Source: an uncultured Verrucomicrobiae bacterium | GTDB taxonomy: Bacteria; Verrucomicrobiota; Verrucomicrobiia; Chthoniobacterales; UBA10450 | Direction: 5' to 3' | NCBI GenBank assembly: GCA_963801255.1 | Contig: CAWDEC010000006.1 | Span: 650,898 to 714,897 of the forward strand | Length of the DNA stretch: 64,000 nucleotides | Shown: positions 20,480 through 33,593 of the stretch, piece after piece | Position numbering within the stretch: the stretch's first letter is position 1 | How the letters are laid out: each line of letters begins with the position of its first letter | The notes under the pieces: generated by a model | Database searches by the model: none | The model's input: the letters and a program-made list of their open reading frames with translations, nothing else | Told to the model about the DNA's origin: nothing | Translations under genes and position numbers: made by a program

Positions 20480-21469
20480 GCGTCGTTGCGCGGCAAAGAC
20501 AGCTTCCGGATCGCGACCAGAAGTACGGCCGGCTTCGATCCAGCCATAGCGGCTGCTGAGGGCACCGAGGAGGAAGGACGCGGCCGCCAACGGTACCAAG
20601 TTCGTTAGGCGAAAGATAATCGCAAGCGGACCCGAAAGAATTTCTCCGAGTCGAATCAACCAACCGGCGCGACCGTGGTGCAACGCGCGATCAGCCGCAC
20701 CGTGCCTGTCGAACTCGAGCCAAACCCAGAGGAGTGTCTCAACACAGGCCGCGACCAATCCAATTACCCAGAGTGGGCGAATTTGAAAACCACACAGTTC
20801 CAGAATTGCTGAGGCGCAGCCGAGGCCAGCGGTTCCGAAGTGAATTGGCAGCAAAACTCGATGTAAATTCCAAGCGGGGATTACGGTCGCGCCGATAAGC
20901 ACGCCAGTGTAAGTCGCGAGCGCGAGACCGGCGATTGCAGCGGCAAAGGTGAGCAACGCAACGACAACAAGGACGAGAAGATAAATAGAAGGCGCGAAAG
21001 CCTGGTTCACGTAAAGGACCATGATGAGCCAGGCCGGAACAGCGAAGGCGCCAAAGAGGCTGAGAACCCAGGCGCCAACAGACATCGGAGAGCGATGTTT
21101 GAAGACGCGCAGCATGTTGAGGAAAAGTTGCGGGCGACCGAGATCCATGACGAGAAGAAGGGGCGAAAGAAGCGCGCCGATGCCGGCGATCCAAAGCGCG
21201 AAATAGGCTAACTCGATTTTTCCGAGGAGAAGCGCGGCGAACGCGATGAGGGGCGCCATTCCGGCTGCACCGCCGACAAAAAAGTAGAGCGGAATTTCCC
21301 AAGTCCAAACTGGCGGCCTAACGACCCCCTCACCATAGTAGCCCACGTAGCGCGGGACGGGGCCGCCTGCGACATCGACGCCACGGCCCTGGAGCGGCGC
21401 GCCATGCTTTGCCTGTTCGCGCAAAGCCTCAAGGCGAGATTCAAAATTGCCTTCGATTTCGCGCGCCAT
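20474..21469 (-). CDS. NrfD/PsrC-like polytopic membrane subunit of the formate dehydrogenase
   Basis: The hydrophobic C-terminal 331 aa of ORF 20474..21988, starting at MAREIEGNFESRL (ATG 21467-21469). That start lies 2 nt after the FeS subunit stop. The Arg-rich 5' extension of the ORF overlaps the FeS gene and is rejected. Confidence 0.75.
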   Translation of the reverse strand: MAREIEGNFESRLEALREQAKHGAPLQGRGVDVAGGPVPRYVGYYGEGVVRPPVWTWEIPLYFFVGGAAGMAPLIAFAALLLGKIELAYFALWIAGIGALLSPLLLVMDLGRPQLFLNMLRVFKHRSPMSVGAWVLSLFGAFAVPAWLIMVLYVNQAFAPSIYLLVLVVVALLTFAAAIAGLALATYTGVLIGATVIPAWNLHRVLLPIHFGTAGLGCASAILELCGFQIRPLWVIGLVAACVETLLWVWLEFDRHGAADRALHHGRAGWLIRLGEILSGPLAIIFRLTNLVPLAAASFLLGALSSRYGWIEAGRTSGRDPEAVFAAQRRA

Positions 21470-21471
21470 TT

Positions 21472-22344
21472 TTAGAAGAAAGCGAAAGCAAGAGCGACCA
21501 CCGCGATTGCGGCGATCGCGGTCACGGCGGCGGCAAGCCATGAGGATTTTAGATAAATGGTGGGAACCTCTGGTTTTGGGGGAAGGCCATACGGCCCCGG
21601 TTCGCCTAACAAAAGGAAGAAGGCGTGAAGACCGCCGACGGAGGTGTCCTGGGGATCGTAAAGTTGTGCGTCGCTGTAGCCACTCTCGCGCAGATGACGG
21701 ACACGATCGCTGGCGCGGGCGCGAAGATCGTCGAGGCGACCGAAGACGATCGACTCCGTCGGACAAACCTTGGCGCAGGCGGGAGTGAGACCGCTTTTCT
21801 GTCGGTCGTAACAGAAAGTGCACTTGAAGGCGCCGCCGGCGTCGGGCAAGGGCTCGGGGCGGCGATCGATCACGCCGAATGGGCAAGAAACGACGCAGTA
21901 ACCACACCCGTTGCAGACGTCGTTCTGTACCAGCACCGAACCGACCTCCGTGCGGACGATAGAACCGGTGGGGCACGCTTCGAGGCAACCGGCTTCTTCA
22001 CAATGTTTGCAAACATCGGATAGAAAGACCCAGCGGAACGGGTCCTCGCCCGGGTCGCCATTGCCTAACGAGACGGATCCGGTGATCTGATTTCCCTTTG
22101 GCAGATCCTGTTCGAGAAAAAGCACGTGCCGCCAGGTCGAGGCGCCAAGATGGCCGGTATTGTCGTAGGAGTTGCCGGTCCAAACGTAGCCATCGTCGGG
22201 GACCTGGTTCCATTCCTTGCACGCGACCTCGCAAGCCTTGCAACCGATGCAGACGGTTGGGTCAGTGAAGAAGCCAACCGTTGCGCCTTCTTCGACATAG
22301 GAATGGCGCCGCTGGTTCGTGCTCTGAATGCCTTCGCCGATCAT
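21472..22344 (-). CDS. formate dehydrogenase iron-sulfur (4x[4Fe-4S]) subunit with C-terminal membrane anchor
   Basis: 290-aa ORF with several CxxCxxCxxxC ferredoxin motifs (CIGCKACEVAC, CKHCEEAGCLEAC, CNGCGYCVVSC) and a C-terminal hydrophobic helix. ATGA overlap with the alpha subunit stop. Confidence 0.9.
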   Translation of the reverse strand: MIGEGIQSTNQRRHSYVEEGATVGFFTDPTVCIGCKACEVACKEWNQVPDDGYVWTGNSYDNTGHLGASTWRHVLFLEQDLPKGNQITGSVSLGNGDPGEDPFRWVFLSDVCKHCEEAGCLEACPTGSIVRTEVGSVLVQNDVCNGCGYCVVSCPFGVIDRRPEPLPDAGGAFKCTFCYDRQKSGLTPACAKVCPTESIVFGRLDDLRARASDRVRHLRESGYSDAQLYDPQDTSVGGLHAFFLLLGEPGPYGLPPKPEVPTIYLKSSWLAAAVTAIAAIAVVALAFAFF

Positions 22345-25300
22345 TGTGAATCGGTTTTTCCATGTTGACCGTGCCCACCACCTTGCGCCCCGGCCGGCTC
22401 GTTTGGCGGCGGTTGTTCCGGATGCAAATTAGGCGGCCCGCCCTCGGGCACATAATTTTTGATCCAGTCCTCATAGGCTGCTCCGCGGGGCAATCGGCCT
22501 GGAATAATGTTAACGCCGCAGGCTTTGGCTTCCATGATGGTGACGTTTGGCTCGCCTGAAATCGGAATTAGATCATTGGTCGCGCCGCCCTGCACTGGTC
22601 CGGCGGAACCGAAATGGAACGGCATTGCAATTTGATGGACTGTTTTCCCATCAAGTTGCATCGGACGCATGCGGCGGCTAACGAGTGCGCGCGCTTCGAT
22701 CCCTCCGCGCAGACTTACGATCGAAACATAATCACCGTTGTTGATTTTCAGTTCGCGCGCGAGCTCGGGAGACATTTCCGCGAACAATTCCGGCTGCAAT
22801 TCGGCAAGGTGACTGAGGAAACGCGACATGCCGCCGGCGGTGTGATGTTCCGTCAGGCGGTAGGTCGTTAGGACAAATGGAAACCGCGGGTCGCCTGGCG
22901 GCGCGAAACGATTTTCTTTCCGCGTAAACCAGTTAACCACAGGATTGGTGTCGCGTGAGTAAAGGGCGTTACGCACCGGCGACTCAAGCGGTTCGTAGTG
23001 AGTCGGCATCGGACCGTCCTGCAAACCTTTCGGCACATACAACCAGGCGAGACCATCTTCGTGCAAAATGAATCCCGCATCGCCGGGAATCGCGTCGAGT
23101 CCGGTTTCGTTCCCGGTTGGTCGAAACTCGGGAGATTTTTCGACGGGGAAATCCGGGTGATCGAGACCCGTCCATTTACCCTGTGCCCGGTCCCACCAGA
23201 TCAGTTTCTTCTCCTCGCTCCACGGTTCACCCGTGGGTGCCGCGCTCGCTCTATTATATATGATGCGCCGGTCCCCCGGCCAGGCGAAGCCCCAGCCATG
23301 TCCGAGGTAATCTTTCGAATGGCGCGAGTTCGCTTTGTTGATCATATCAGGGCCGAGTACGCCGGCGTAAATCCAAGCGCCACTAGCGGTAGAGCCGTCG
23401 GCCTTGAGTTGCGGATAGCCGTCGATCTGCGGCCCGTGATGCGGATTACCACCGCGATCGAGTCCGAAGACCACTCCGTCACCGTCGGACTGCGGAGAAG
23501 TGTACCAGCCGTTAATTTCTGCCAGCACCGCTTCCGTTTCTGGTGCGCCTCGTTTCCCCTCCGGATACCACCAATCGAGAGCGCGCAAAGGTTCATCAAT
23601 GGGGTCGTTCGATTCCTTCGCTTTTGCAATCAAACGCAAGGCAAGCTGATGCATGAACCACTCGTCTGAGCGGCAGTCACCCGGAGGGTCGATCGCGTGC
23701 TGACGCCACTGCAGGAGCCGTTGCGTATTCGTGAACGTGCCGTCGTTTTCCGCGTGCCCAGCCACCGGGAAGAAGAAAACTTCCGTCTCAATTTCCTCCG
23801 TCTTCAGTTCCTCGCGCTCAATCTCCGGTGACTTGCGCCAAAATACGGCCGCTTCGATCTCGACCATATCACGCACGACTAGCCATTTTAATTTCGAGAG
23901 CGCTTTCCGCTGCAACCGCGAGTTAGCCCCGGCAACGGCTGGATTCTGGCCCATCACAAACATGCCTTCCATCCTTCCGTCGGCCATGTCGTAGACATAA
24001 TCGAAGAATGAATGGTTCCCTGTGATCTTCGGGACCCAGTCATAACCGAAGTCGTTTTGCGGGTTCGCGTTCTTGCCGTAATAAGCTTTCAAGAGACTGA
24101 TGAAATAAGCTGGCGTGTTGTGCCAAAGCCCAGTCGGCTTGGTTTGATGGCTCAAATAGTCCCGCAACGTCTCCTCCGTACCATCGCCGCGTGGCATCGG
24201 GAGATAACCCGGCAAGATGTCGTATAGCGTCGGGATATCGGTCGAGCCCTGGATTGAGGCATGGCCGCGTAACGCGAGAATTCCGCCGCCGGGCCGGCCG
24301 ATGTTGCCTAACAAGAGTTGGAGGATGGCGGCGGTGCGAATAATCTGGACGCCTTTGGAGTGTTGGGTCCAGCCAAGCGCATAACAAATCGCTGCGGTTT
24401 TATTGTGGCCAGATGCCCTAACAAGTGCGTCCGCCACTTTCTGGAAGAGAGCGGGGGAAATCCCGCAAATCTTTTCCACCATTTCGGGTGTGTAACGCGC
24501 GAAGTGCCGGCGCAACGTTTGCAAGACACAGCGCGGATGTTGCAAGGTGAGATCCCGTTTTGGAAAACTAAGTTTGTCGTTTCCTTCGTAGAGCCAGGTT
24601 TTGTTATCGTAAGATCGTTTTTCCGGATTCCAGCCGGAAAAGAGGCCACTTAGTCCTTCATCTGTGTCGCGAAAGTCTTCGCGCAGGATGCAGGAGGCGT
24701 TCGTGTAGTGAACAACGTAGTCGCGGAAGAAAAGCTCGTTCTCGAGGATGTGCCTAACGAGTCCGCCGAGAAACGCGATATCGCTGCCCGCGCGAATCGG
24801 CACCCAGATATCGGCGAGCGCACTTGTGCGCGAGAACCTTGGGTCGACATGAATGATGGTCGCACCGCGCTCCTTCGCTTTCATCACCCAGCGGAAACCG
24901 ACTGGATGCGCTTCAGCCATGGACGAACCTTCGATTAGAATGCAATCGGCGTTGGCGAGATCTTGTTGCGCCGTCGTAGCTCCGCCCCGGCCGAAAGAGG
25001 TGCCCAGACCGGGCACCGTGCTGCTATGTCATATCCGGGCCTGGTTGGATATGCACACCATCCCCAGGCCGAGAGTGAAGAGTTTTCTGATAAGATAGTT
25101 TTCTTCAATGTCGAGAGTCGCGCCGCCGAGATGGCAGATCGCCGTCGTGTGATTCAGCGTCCGGCCGTTTCGTTTGTGCACGAAAGTGCGCTTGCGCGAT
25201 TCCCAGACACGATCCGCGACCATGTCCATCGCGCGTTCCAACGAAATCTCCGTCCATTCCCTGGCACGCGGCGCGCGATATTTCATTCTCGTTTCGCGCC

Positions 25301-25595
25301 GATCGTGGGTCAGTAGCTGATAGGAAGCGGCGCCTTTCGGGCAAAGGTTCCCCTGGCTGATCGGCGACTCCGGGTCGCCCTCGATGGCGAGCAATTTGCC
25401 GTCTCGATGATAAATCAGCTGACCGCAGCCGACGCCGCAGTAGGGACAGACTGACTTTGCGACCTTCGCATCGTCGATCCGCGCATGCATTGCGCGGGTC
25501 TTCTCCGACATCGCTTCGAGTCCAGTCCCGTCTTTGCGCTGGCGAATTTGTCGAAGCAACGGCCACTGCTCGAGCAGATCGGCGAGGTTATCCAT
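22341..25595 (-). CDS. fdhA: formate dehydrogenase catalytic (molybdopterin) subunit, selenocysteine-containing; UGA at 25029-25031
   Basis: ORFs 22341..25016 and 25029..25826 are in the same frame, joined by one TGA. The junction reads ...CISNQARI-U-HSSTVPGLGTSFGRGGATT, the canonical FDH Sec site. The N-terminal CPYCGVGCG cluster is present. The start is placed at MDNLADLLEQWPLLRQ (25593-25595). I see no twin-arginine signal. Confidence 0.9.
24999..25017 (-). promoter_or_regulatory. SECIS hairpin of the formate dehydrogenase gene
   Basis: In gene sense, 11 nt after the UGA: GGTGCCC-GGTCT-GGGCACC. This is a perfect 7-bp stem with a GGUCU loop, resembling the E. coli fdhF SECIS apical loop. 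Confidence 0.75.
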
Positions 25596-25734
25596 GCTTG
25601 TGATTCTTCGCTCCGCGGGTGTTGATTGGTTGCCGTGATCTTTGCGGGGAAATGGAAGGCGAGTCGAGAAGGAATAGTTTTCGCGGCGATTTTGATTGCA
25701 CAATCGCCGGCCGATCGGCAGACGATCTAAGGCA

Positions 25735-27093
25735 ATGGGATTCTTTGACCGCGAACAAACTATCGCCCCACCGGGGTTCAGCCGCTGGCTCGTGCCGTCT
25801 GCGGCCTTGGCAGTGCATTTGTCCATCGGGCAAGTCTATGCGTTCAGCGTTTTCAAATTGCCGCTGACGAAAGTAATCGGGATCACGAAATCCGCGCCTA
25901 ACGACTGGACTCAGCCGGAGCTTGCCTGGATTTTTAGTCTCGCAATTTTCTTTCTCGGCCTATCGGCAGCGGTCTTTGGCCGCTGGGTGGAACGGGTCGG
26001 CCCGCGGAAAACCATGGCAACGGCGGCGCTCTGTTTTGGCGGCGGTTTCATTATTTCCGCCTTCGGAGTCTGGTGGCACCAGCTCTGGTTGATTTATCTT
26101 GGCTATGGCGTCATCGGCGGGTGCGGGCTCGGTCTCGGCTACATCTCGCCCGTCTCGACTTTGGTGAAATGGTTTCCCGATCGGCCGGGAATGGCCACTG
26201 GAATGGCGATCATGGGTTTCGGCGGCGGCGCCTTCATCGGCTCGAACTTAAGCCTGCTCCTGATGGATCATTTCAAATCAGCCACCAGTGTCGGCGTCGG
26301 CAAAAGCTTCATCGCGCTCGGCATCATTTATTTTTGTTACATGATGTTTGGTTCGTTCATCGTGCGGGTGCCGGCTGAAAATTGGCGGCCGGCCGGGTAC
26401 GTTGCGCCCACGCATTCACACGGTCTCATCACCAGCGCCAACGTGGCCGTCGACCAAGCCTGGCGAACACCCCAGTTCTGGATGTTGTGGATTGTCCTCT
26501 GCTTTAACGTTACTGCCGGCATTGGCATTCTCGAACAGGCCTCGCCCATGATTCAGGAAATGTTTCCCGGCAAAGTACTGGCCGCGGCGGCAGGTGGCTT
26601 TGTCGCGTTGCTCAGTCTTTTCAACATGGCTGGCCGCTTTGCCTGGTCATCGCTAAGCGATTACACGGGACGCAAGACGGTTTATGTCATCTTCCTTTTG
26701 TTAGGCGCGATCCTTTATTGCCTGATTCCGCTCGCGGGGCGCAGTGGCAGCGTGCCGTTTTTCGTCGCCGTCTGTGTGATTATCCTGAGCATGTACGGCG
26801 GAGGTTTCGCTACCATCCCGGCTTATTTGAAGGACCTTTTTGGGTCGATGCAGGTGGGCGCAATTCATGGACGGCTGCTGACGGCCTGGTCGGTGGCGGG
26901 AGTTCTCGGCCCCGTACTGGTGAATTACATTCGAGAATATTTGAAGAATCGCGGAGCGAGTGGCGTGGCGCTTTACGCGCCGACCATGTATCTCATGGCT
27001 GGCCTGCTCGTGATCGGGTTAATCTGCAACCTTGCCGTGCGGCCGGTGGCCGAGCGGTTCTATTACAAGAAATCGGAGGCAAATCATGGCTAA
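25735..27093 (+). CDS. MFS transporter, oxalate/formate antiporter (OFA) family
   Basis: ORF 25696..27093 is a 12-TM-like hydrophobic protein with an OFA-like N-terminus (RWLVPSAALAVHLSIGQVYAFSVF). The start is placed at MGFFDRE. It is divergent from the FDH operon. Confidence 0.8.
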   Translation: MGFFDREQTIAPPGFSRWLVPSAALAVHLSIGQVYAFSVFKLPLTKVIGITKSAPNDWTQPELAWIFSLAIFFLGLSAAVFGRWVERVGPRKTMATAALCFGGGFIISAFGVWWHQLWLIYLGYGVIGGCGLGLGYISPVSTLVKWFPDRPGMATGMAIMGFGGGAFIGSNLSLLLMDHFKSATSVGVGKSFIALGIIYFCYMMFGSFIVRVPAENWRPAGYVAPTHSHGLITSANVAVDQAWRTPQFWMLWIVLCFNVTAGIGILEQASPMIQEMFPGKVLAAAAGGFVALLSLFNMAGRFAWSSLSDYTGRKTVYVIFLLLGAILYCLIPLAGRSGSVPFFVAVCVIILSMYGGGFATIPAYLKDLFGSMQVGAIHGRLLTAWSVAGVLGPVLVNYIREYLKNRGASGVALYAPTMYLMAGLLVIGLICNLAVRPVAERFYYKKSEANHG

Positions 27094-27211
27094 CGAATCG
27101 AAATCGAGCGGAAATGCGCTCATGCTCCTGATCTCCTGGATCGCGGTTGGAATTCCCCTCGTCTGGGGCGTTTACAACACGCTGCTCAAGCTTCCGGCGC
27201 TCTTTCGTTAG
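27086..27211 (+). CDS. 41-aa single-TM small protein (MFS transporter small subunit-like)
   Basis: Hand-found ORF: MANESKSSGNALMLLISWIAVGIPLVWGVYNTLLKLPALFR. Its ATG overlaps the MFS stop (ATGGCTAA). Small subunits of this kind are known to accompany OFA-type transporters. Confidence 0.6.
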   Translation: MANESKSSGNALMLLISWIAVGIPLVWGVYNTLLKLPALFR

Positions 27212-27294
27212 GCAGACCTCGCGTCTAACCGGCGCAGGGGCGCTTGCCTAACGTTTGGCAAGTCGATCCTTTGCCGAGAGCGCGCGGCGCAGGA

Positions 27295-28743
27295 TCAAAA
27301 TATGACCTGCAAACGCAGCAGCACTTCGTCGAATTGATCCTCTCCGAGGTCCGGATTCGCCGCTCGAAAATCCGACCAGGTGTGCACGTAGTCGGCCATC
27401 ATCTTTACGCTGTCGCCGTGGACATAATAGTTAAGGCCGCCGGTAATGGAGTGGATACCGTCGCTGCCGAACTGGCCCGGATTCAGTGCTTCCCATTTTA
27501 CGACCGCCTGCAGCTTTTTCGGCATAAGGAAATAGCTCCCCTGAACATAGTAACCATTGGTCACAAAGCTGGGCATTGCCGGGACGCCGTTCACTTCGCG
27601 GCCGTCGACGTGTTCTTCAAGAAACTCTCCGATAAGATCGAAGCGTCCCAGTCGCAGCCAGGCATCGAAACTAAAGGCATTGCGTTCGTCTGCACTCGTT
27701 AGGGTAAAGGAGGAAAGCGAGCCGTCGGGACCCACCTTCAAGTTGAGCGCGGGCGAGATGTTGGTCCCGGCATCGTCCCGGCTGTGGAAATAGTCGGCGC
27801 CCAATTTGAGATACGACTCCTGTCCCATCAGCTGACCCTTGAACGGCTGGAGCTCGAGCCGCGTGACATACATGAATTCGTTGTTGTCGTTGTTATTGAA
27901 GTTGCGCCCGTTGCCGTTGAAGACGCCGCCGTAGTAAGTGAGGAGATCCTTTTCGTCGGGAAAAACGTTCGTCAGCGGTTTGCCCCAGACCATGGCGCCG
28001 ATCTGGCGCTCCGGCACGATCGCACCAGTCGGTAAGCTGCGTTCGATCGTATAGATGAGCGTGTCAGGGGTGAGATTTTCCAGACCAAACGGAGCTTTCC
28101 ATTGGCCGGCCTTAATGTTTGCCTCCGGTATGCCATGCCAGTTGATGAAAATGTCCGTGGCGGAGAATTGGGTGCGATTGGAAGTCGAGGTCGTCGTGGT
28201 CGTAATCACGCCGTCCTTGCTCGTTACCTTACTAATCGCCGTAACCGCCGCGTCGCTCTGCTCGAAGTCGCCCTCGACCTTGAAGTCAAATTGATCGGTG
28301 TAATCTCCGGTGATGGAGATGCGCGCGCGCCTCAGGCGGAAGCGGTCTTTCAGCGCCGTTAAACCAAAGCGGCCTTCAAAGGCTGAGACATCTCCTCCTT
28401 CATAATTCATCTGCACATAACCTCCGAGGGTAAGCTTGTACTCTGGACCAGCCGCGTGCACTTCGACCGTGCCAGGCGAAGGCGCGGGTGCGACAAAGAC
28501 GGCTTTGTTGTCGTTGCCTGCCGTGGGCTGTTTTTCGCCGCCTATCACAGGCGCAAAAGGACTGCGCGCCTTCAGATGATTCACCTCGTCTTCCAGTTGC
28601 GAATTACGCTGCTGGAGTTGCTTCACGGCCGATTCCAGCTTTTGCAAACGATCCGATTCCGAGCCCTGTGCTGAGGCCTGCCGCAGCGCAGGAAATGAGA
28701 GAAGAGCGAACAAAACCAACGAGGCAGTGGTGGCGGTTTTCAT
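27295..28743 (-). CDS. outer-membrane porin, OprO/OprP-like, with N-terminal coiled-coil
   Basis: ORF 27295..28788 with the start placed at MKTATTASLVLFALL (signal peptide). It has a coiled-coil segment (LQKLESAVKQLQQRNSQLEDEVNHLK), alternating beta-strand pattern and a C-terminal aromatic residue (VIF). Confidence 0.7.
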   Translation of the reverse strand: MKTATTASLVLFALLSFPALRQASAQGSESDRLQKLESAVKQLQQRNSQLEDEVNHLKARSPFAPVIGGEKQPTAGNDNKAVFVAPAPSPGTVEVHAAGPEYKLTLGGYVQMNYEGGDVSAFEGRFGLTALKDRFRLRRARISITGDYTDQFDFKVEGDFEQSDAAVTAISKVTSKDGVITTTTTSTSNRTQFSATDIFINWHGIPEANIKAGQWKAPFGLENLTPDTLIYTIERSLPTGAIVPERQIGAMVWGKPLTNVFPDEKDLLTYYGGVFNGNGRNFNNNDNNEFMYVTRLELQPFKGQLMGQESYLKLGADYFHSRDDAGTNISPALNLKVGPDGSLSSFTLTSADERNAFSFDAWLRLGRFDLIGEFLEEHVDGREVNGVPAMPSFVTNGYYVQGSYFLMPKKLQAVVKWEALNPGQFGSDGIHSITGGLNYYVHGDSVKMMADYVHTWSDFRAANPDLGEDQFDEVLLRLQVIF

Positions 28744-28888
28744 GCAGTTTGTGGCGCTTCTAGCCTCCTCGGATTGCGGTGTAAACAAAAATCTATGTTA
28801 AATCTTTGTGTCATTTGCTGCGGCGTCGTCGGCAGTCAAAAAGCCATTCCGTTTGGCCGTCTCGATGGACGATTTTCCCTGGCCGTTA

Positions 28889-32182
<3,294 letters not shown>

Positions 32183-32378
32183 GCGCAGCGGGAGAGTATG
32201 CAAAAAGCGGGCGAATGGAAGTCGGGCCTGCCGAGGCGATGCTGGCAGCGGCCTTCAGCGGGTTGATGAAATGAGCGGCGGAAAAGGCGAACAAACTTTC
32301 TCTCCAGCGAACTGAACCAAGGAAGCGCCCTGGCAGGTCGAGACATTCAGCCTCGAAACGGCATGCGAATCAGGAAGC

Positions 32379-33002
32379 GTGGCGAGAAAGTCGAAATGGG
32401 CAAAGCCGATCGGCGCACAGGTCGGCTGGCACCGTCGCGAGACCGAGATCGTCTTTCGCAATCCGATCTTCAAATTGCGCAAAGATGAGATCGAGCTGCC
32501 CGACGGGACGGAGATGTCGCTCGCCTACATGGTACGGACAGAAGCAGTCATCATCGTGCCTGTGACGCCCGATGGACAGATGGTGTTGATCGATCAATAT
32601 CGTTATTCGATCGACCAATGGTGTCTCGAATTGCCGGCTGGAGGCACGCACGACAAGCCTAACGAATCATTGGAAGAAGTGGCGCGCTCCGAGTTGCGCG
32701 AGGAGGTGGGTGGGACATGCGAGGCGATGACGTATGTCGGCTTCTTCTTTTCCGCCACGTCAATCACGGATGAGAAATGCCATGTTTTTCTCGCGCAAGG
32801 TGTGACGCTTTTGGAAGCGGCGCGCGAACCGAGCGAAACGATCAAGGTGAAACCGGTCGCAATCGCGGAAGCGATCGAGCTCGCGCGGCGGGGTGAAATC
32901 AAGGATGGGCAGTCCGCGCTCGCAATTCTGCTCAGCGAACCGCTTTTGCGCGCAGCTTCCTCTTCGCCAGCCCGGCTGATTACTATCAGGCCGGAATCTT
33001 GA
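32379..33002 (+). CDS. NUDIX hydrolase
   Basis: 207-aa ORF with a Nudix box (GGTHDKPNESLEEVARSELREEVG). Confidence 0.8.
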   Translation: MARKSKWAKPIGAQVGWHRRETEIVFRNPIFKLRKDEIELPDGTEMSLAYMVRTEAVIIVPVTPDGQMVLIDQYRYSIDQWCLELPAGGTHDKPNESLEEVARSELREEVGGTCEAMTYVGFFFSATSITDEKCHVFLAQGVTLLEAAREPSETIKVKPVAIAEAIELARRGEIKDGQSALAILLSEPLLRAASSSPARLITIRPES

Positions 33003-33456
33003 CTTCCGCTCCGCTTGCTCGCTCTCGATCGAGATAAACCTTGCAGATTCCCTTGATGCGGCTCAGGACGTAGTAGGTCGTCTGGCTGCGTACTCTCACG
33101 AGATCAGCGCCGACGATTCGCATGACGAAATCTTGCGGCAAATCCAATATTTCCTGAGGAGTAGAGCCGTCGAGTCCTTTGCAAAGGATGGAAGCCATGG
33201 CGCGAGTGAGTGTTTGCACCTCCGGGCCAAGAGTCATGCGAATGTGCGCCTTGCCTTGATCGTCGACCTGCAAGTAAACGCCAACCGTGTCGGCGCATTC
33301 TTCATCTTTGCGCACATCTTCCAGGTCGAATTTTTCGTTAGGCCGAGGGGCTTGTTTCGGCGCGCTGTCAGCGTAGGCGACGAGCGTTTCCCGCCGTTCC
33401 ACCTCGGGTAGATGATCGAAAAGGTCGATAATGTTATGCAGCTTCTTCGGATACAT
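32986..33456 (-). CDS. SufE-like sulfur acceptor protein
   Basis: 156-aa ORF with SufE/Fe-S metabolism-associated domain-like sequence and a conserved Cys (DEECADTVGVYL). It lies next to a rhodanese. Confidence 0.6.
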   Translation of the reverse strand: MYPKKLHNIIDLFDHLPEVERRETLVAYADSAPKQAPRPNEKFDLEDVRKDEECADTVGVYLQVDDQGKAHIRMTLGPEVQTLTRAMASILCKGLDGSTPQEILDLPQDFVMRIVGADLVRVRSQTTYYVLSRIKGICKVYLDRERASGAEVKIPA

Positions 33457-33593
33457 CGCGGAAGAAATGTTCCATAGCTTCCGAAGTCAGTCATCTTGAC
33501 CGACGCGGCAGGCGGCCGTGAACTCACGGGCCTCTGGTCCTTCCGGGCCGCTTCTCCAAACTAGACCGGCGATGGCCCGATTCGGCGAAGTTG

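Noticed and set aside
21470-21988. N-terminal 173-aa extension of the 504-aa ORF 20474..21988.
   Set aside because: It is extremely Arg-rich and overlaps the FeS-subunit gene in another frame. The hydrophobic NrfD-like part begins at an ATG 2 nt after the FeS stop.
25710-25719. 10-bp perfect palindrome GCCGATCGGC in the divergent FDH / OFA-transporter intergenic region, as a possible operator.
   Set aside because: It is short and GC-rich, so it is plausible by chance. It has no second half-site or repeat nearby and cannot be supported from sequence alone.
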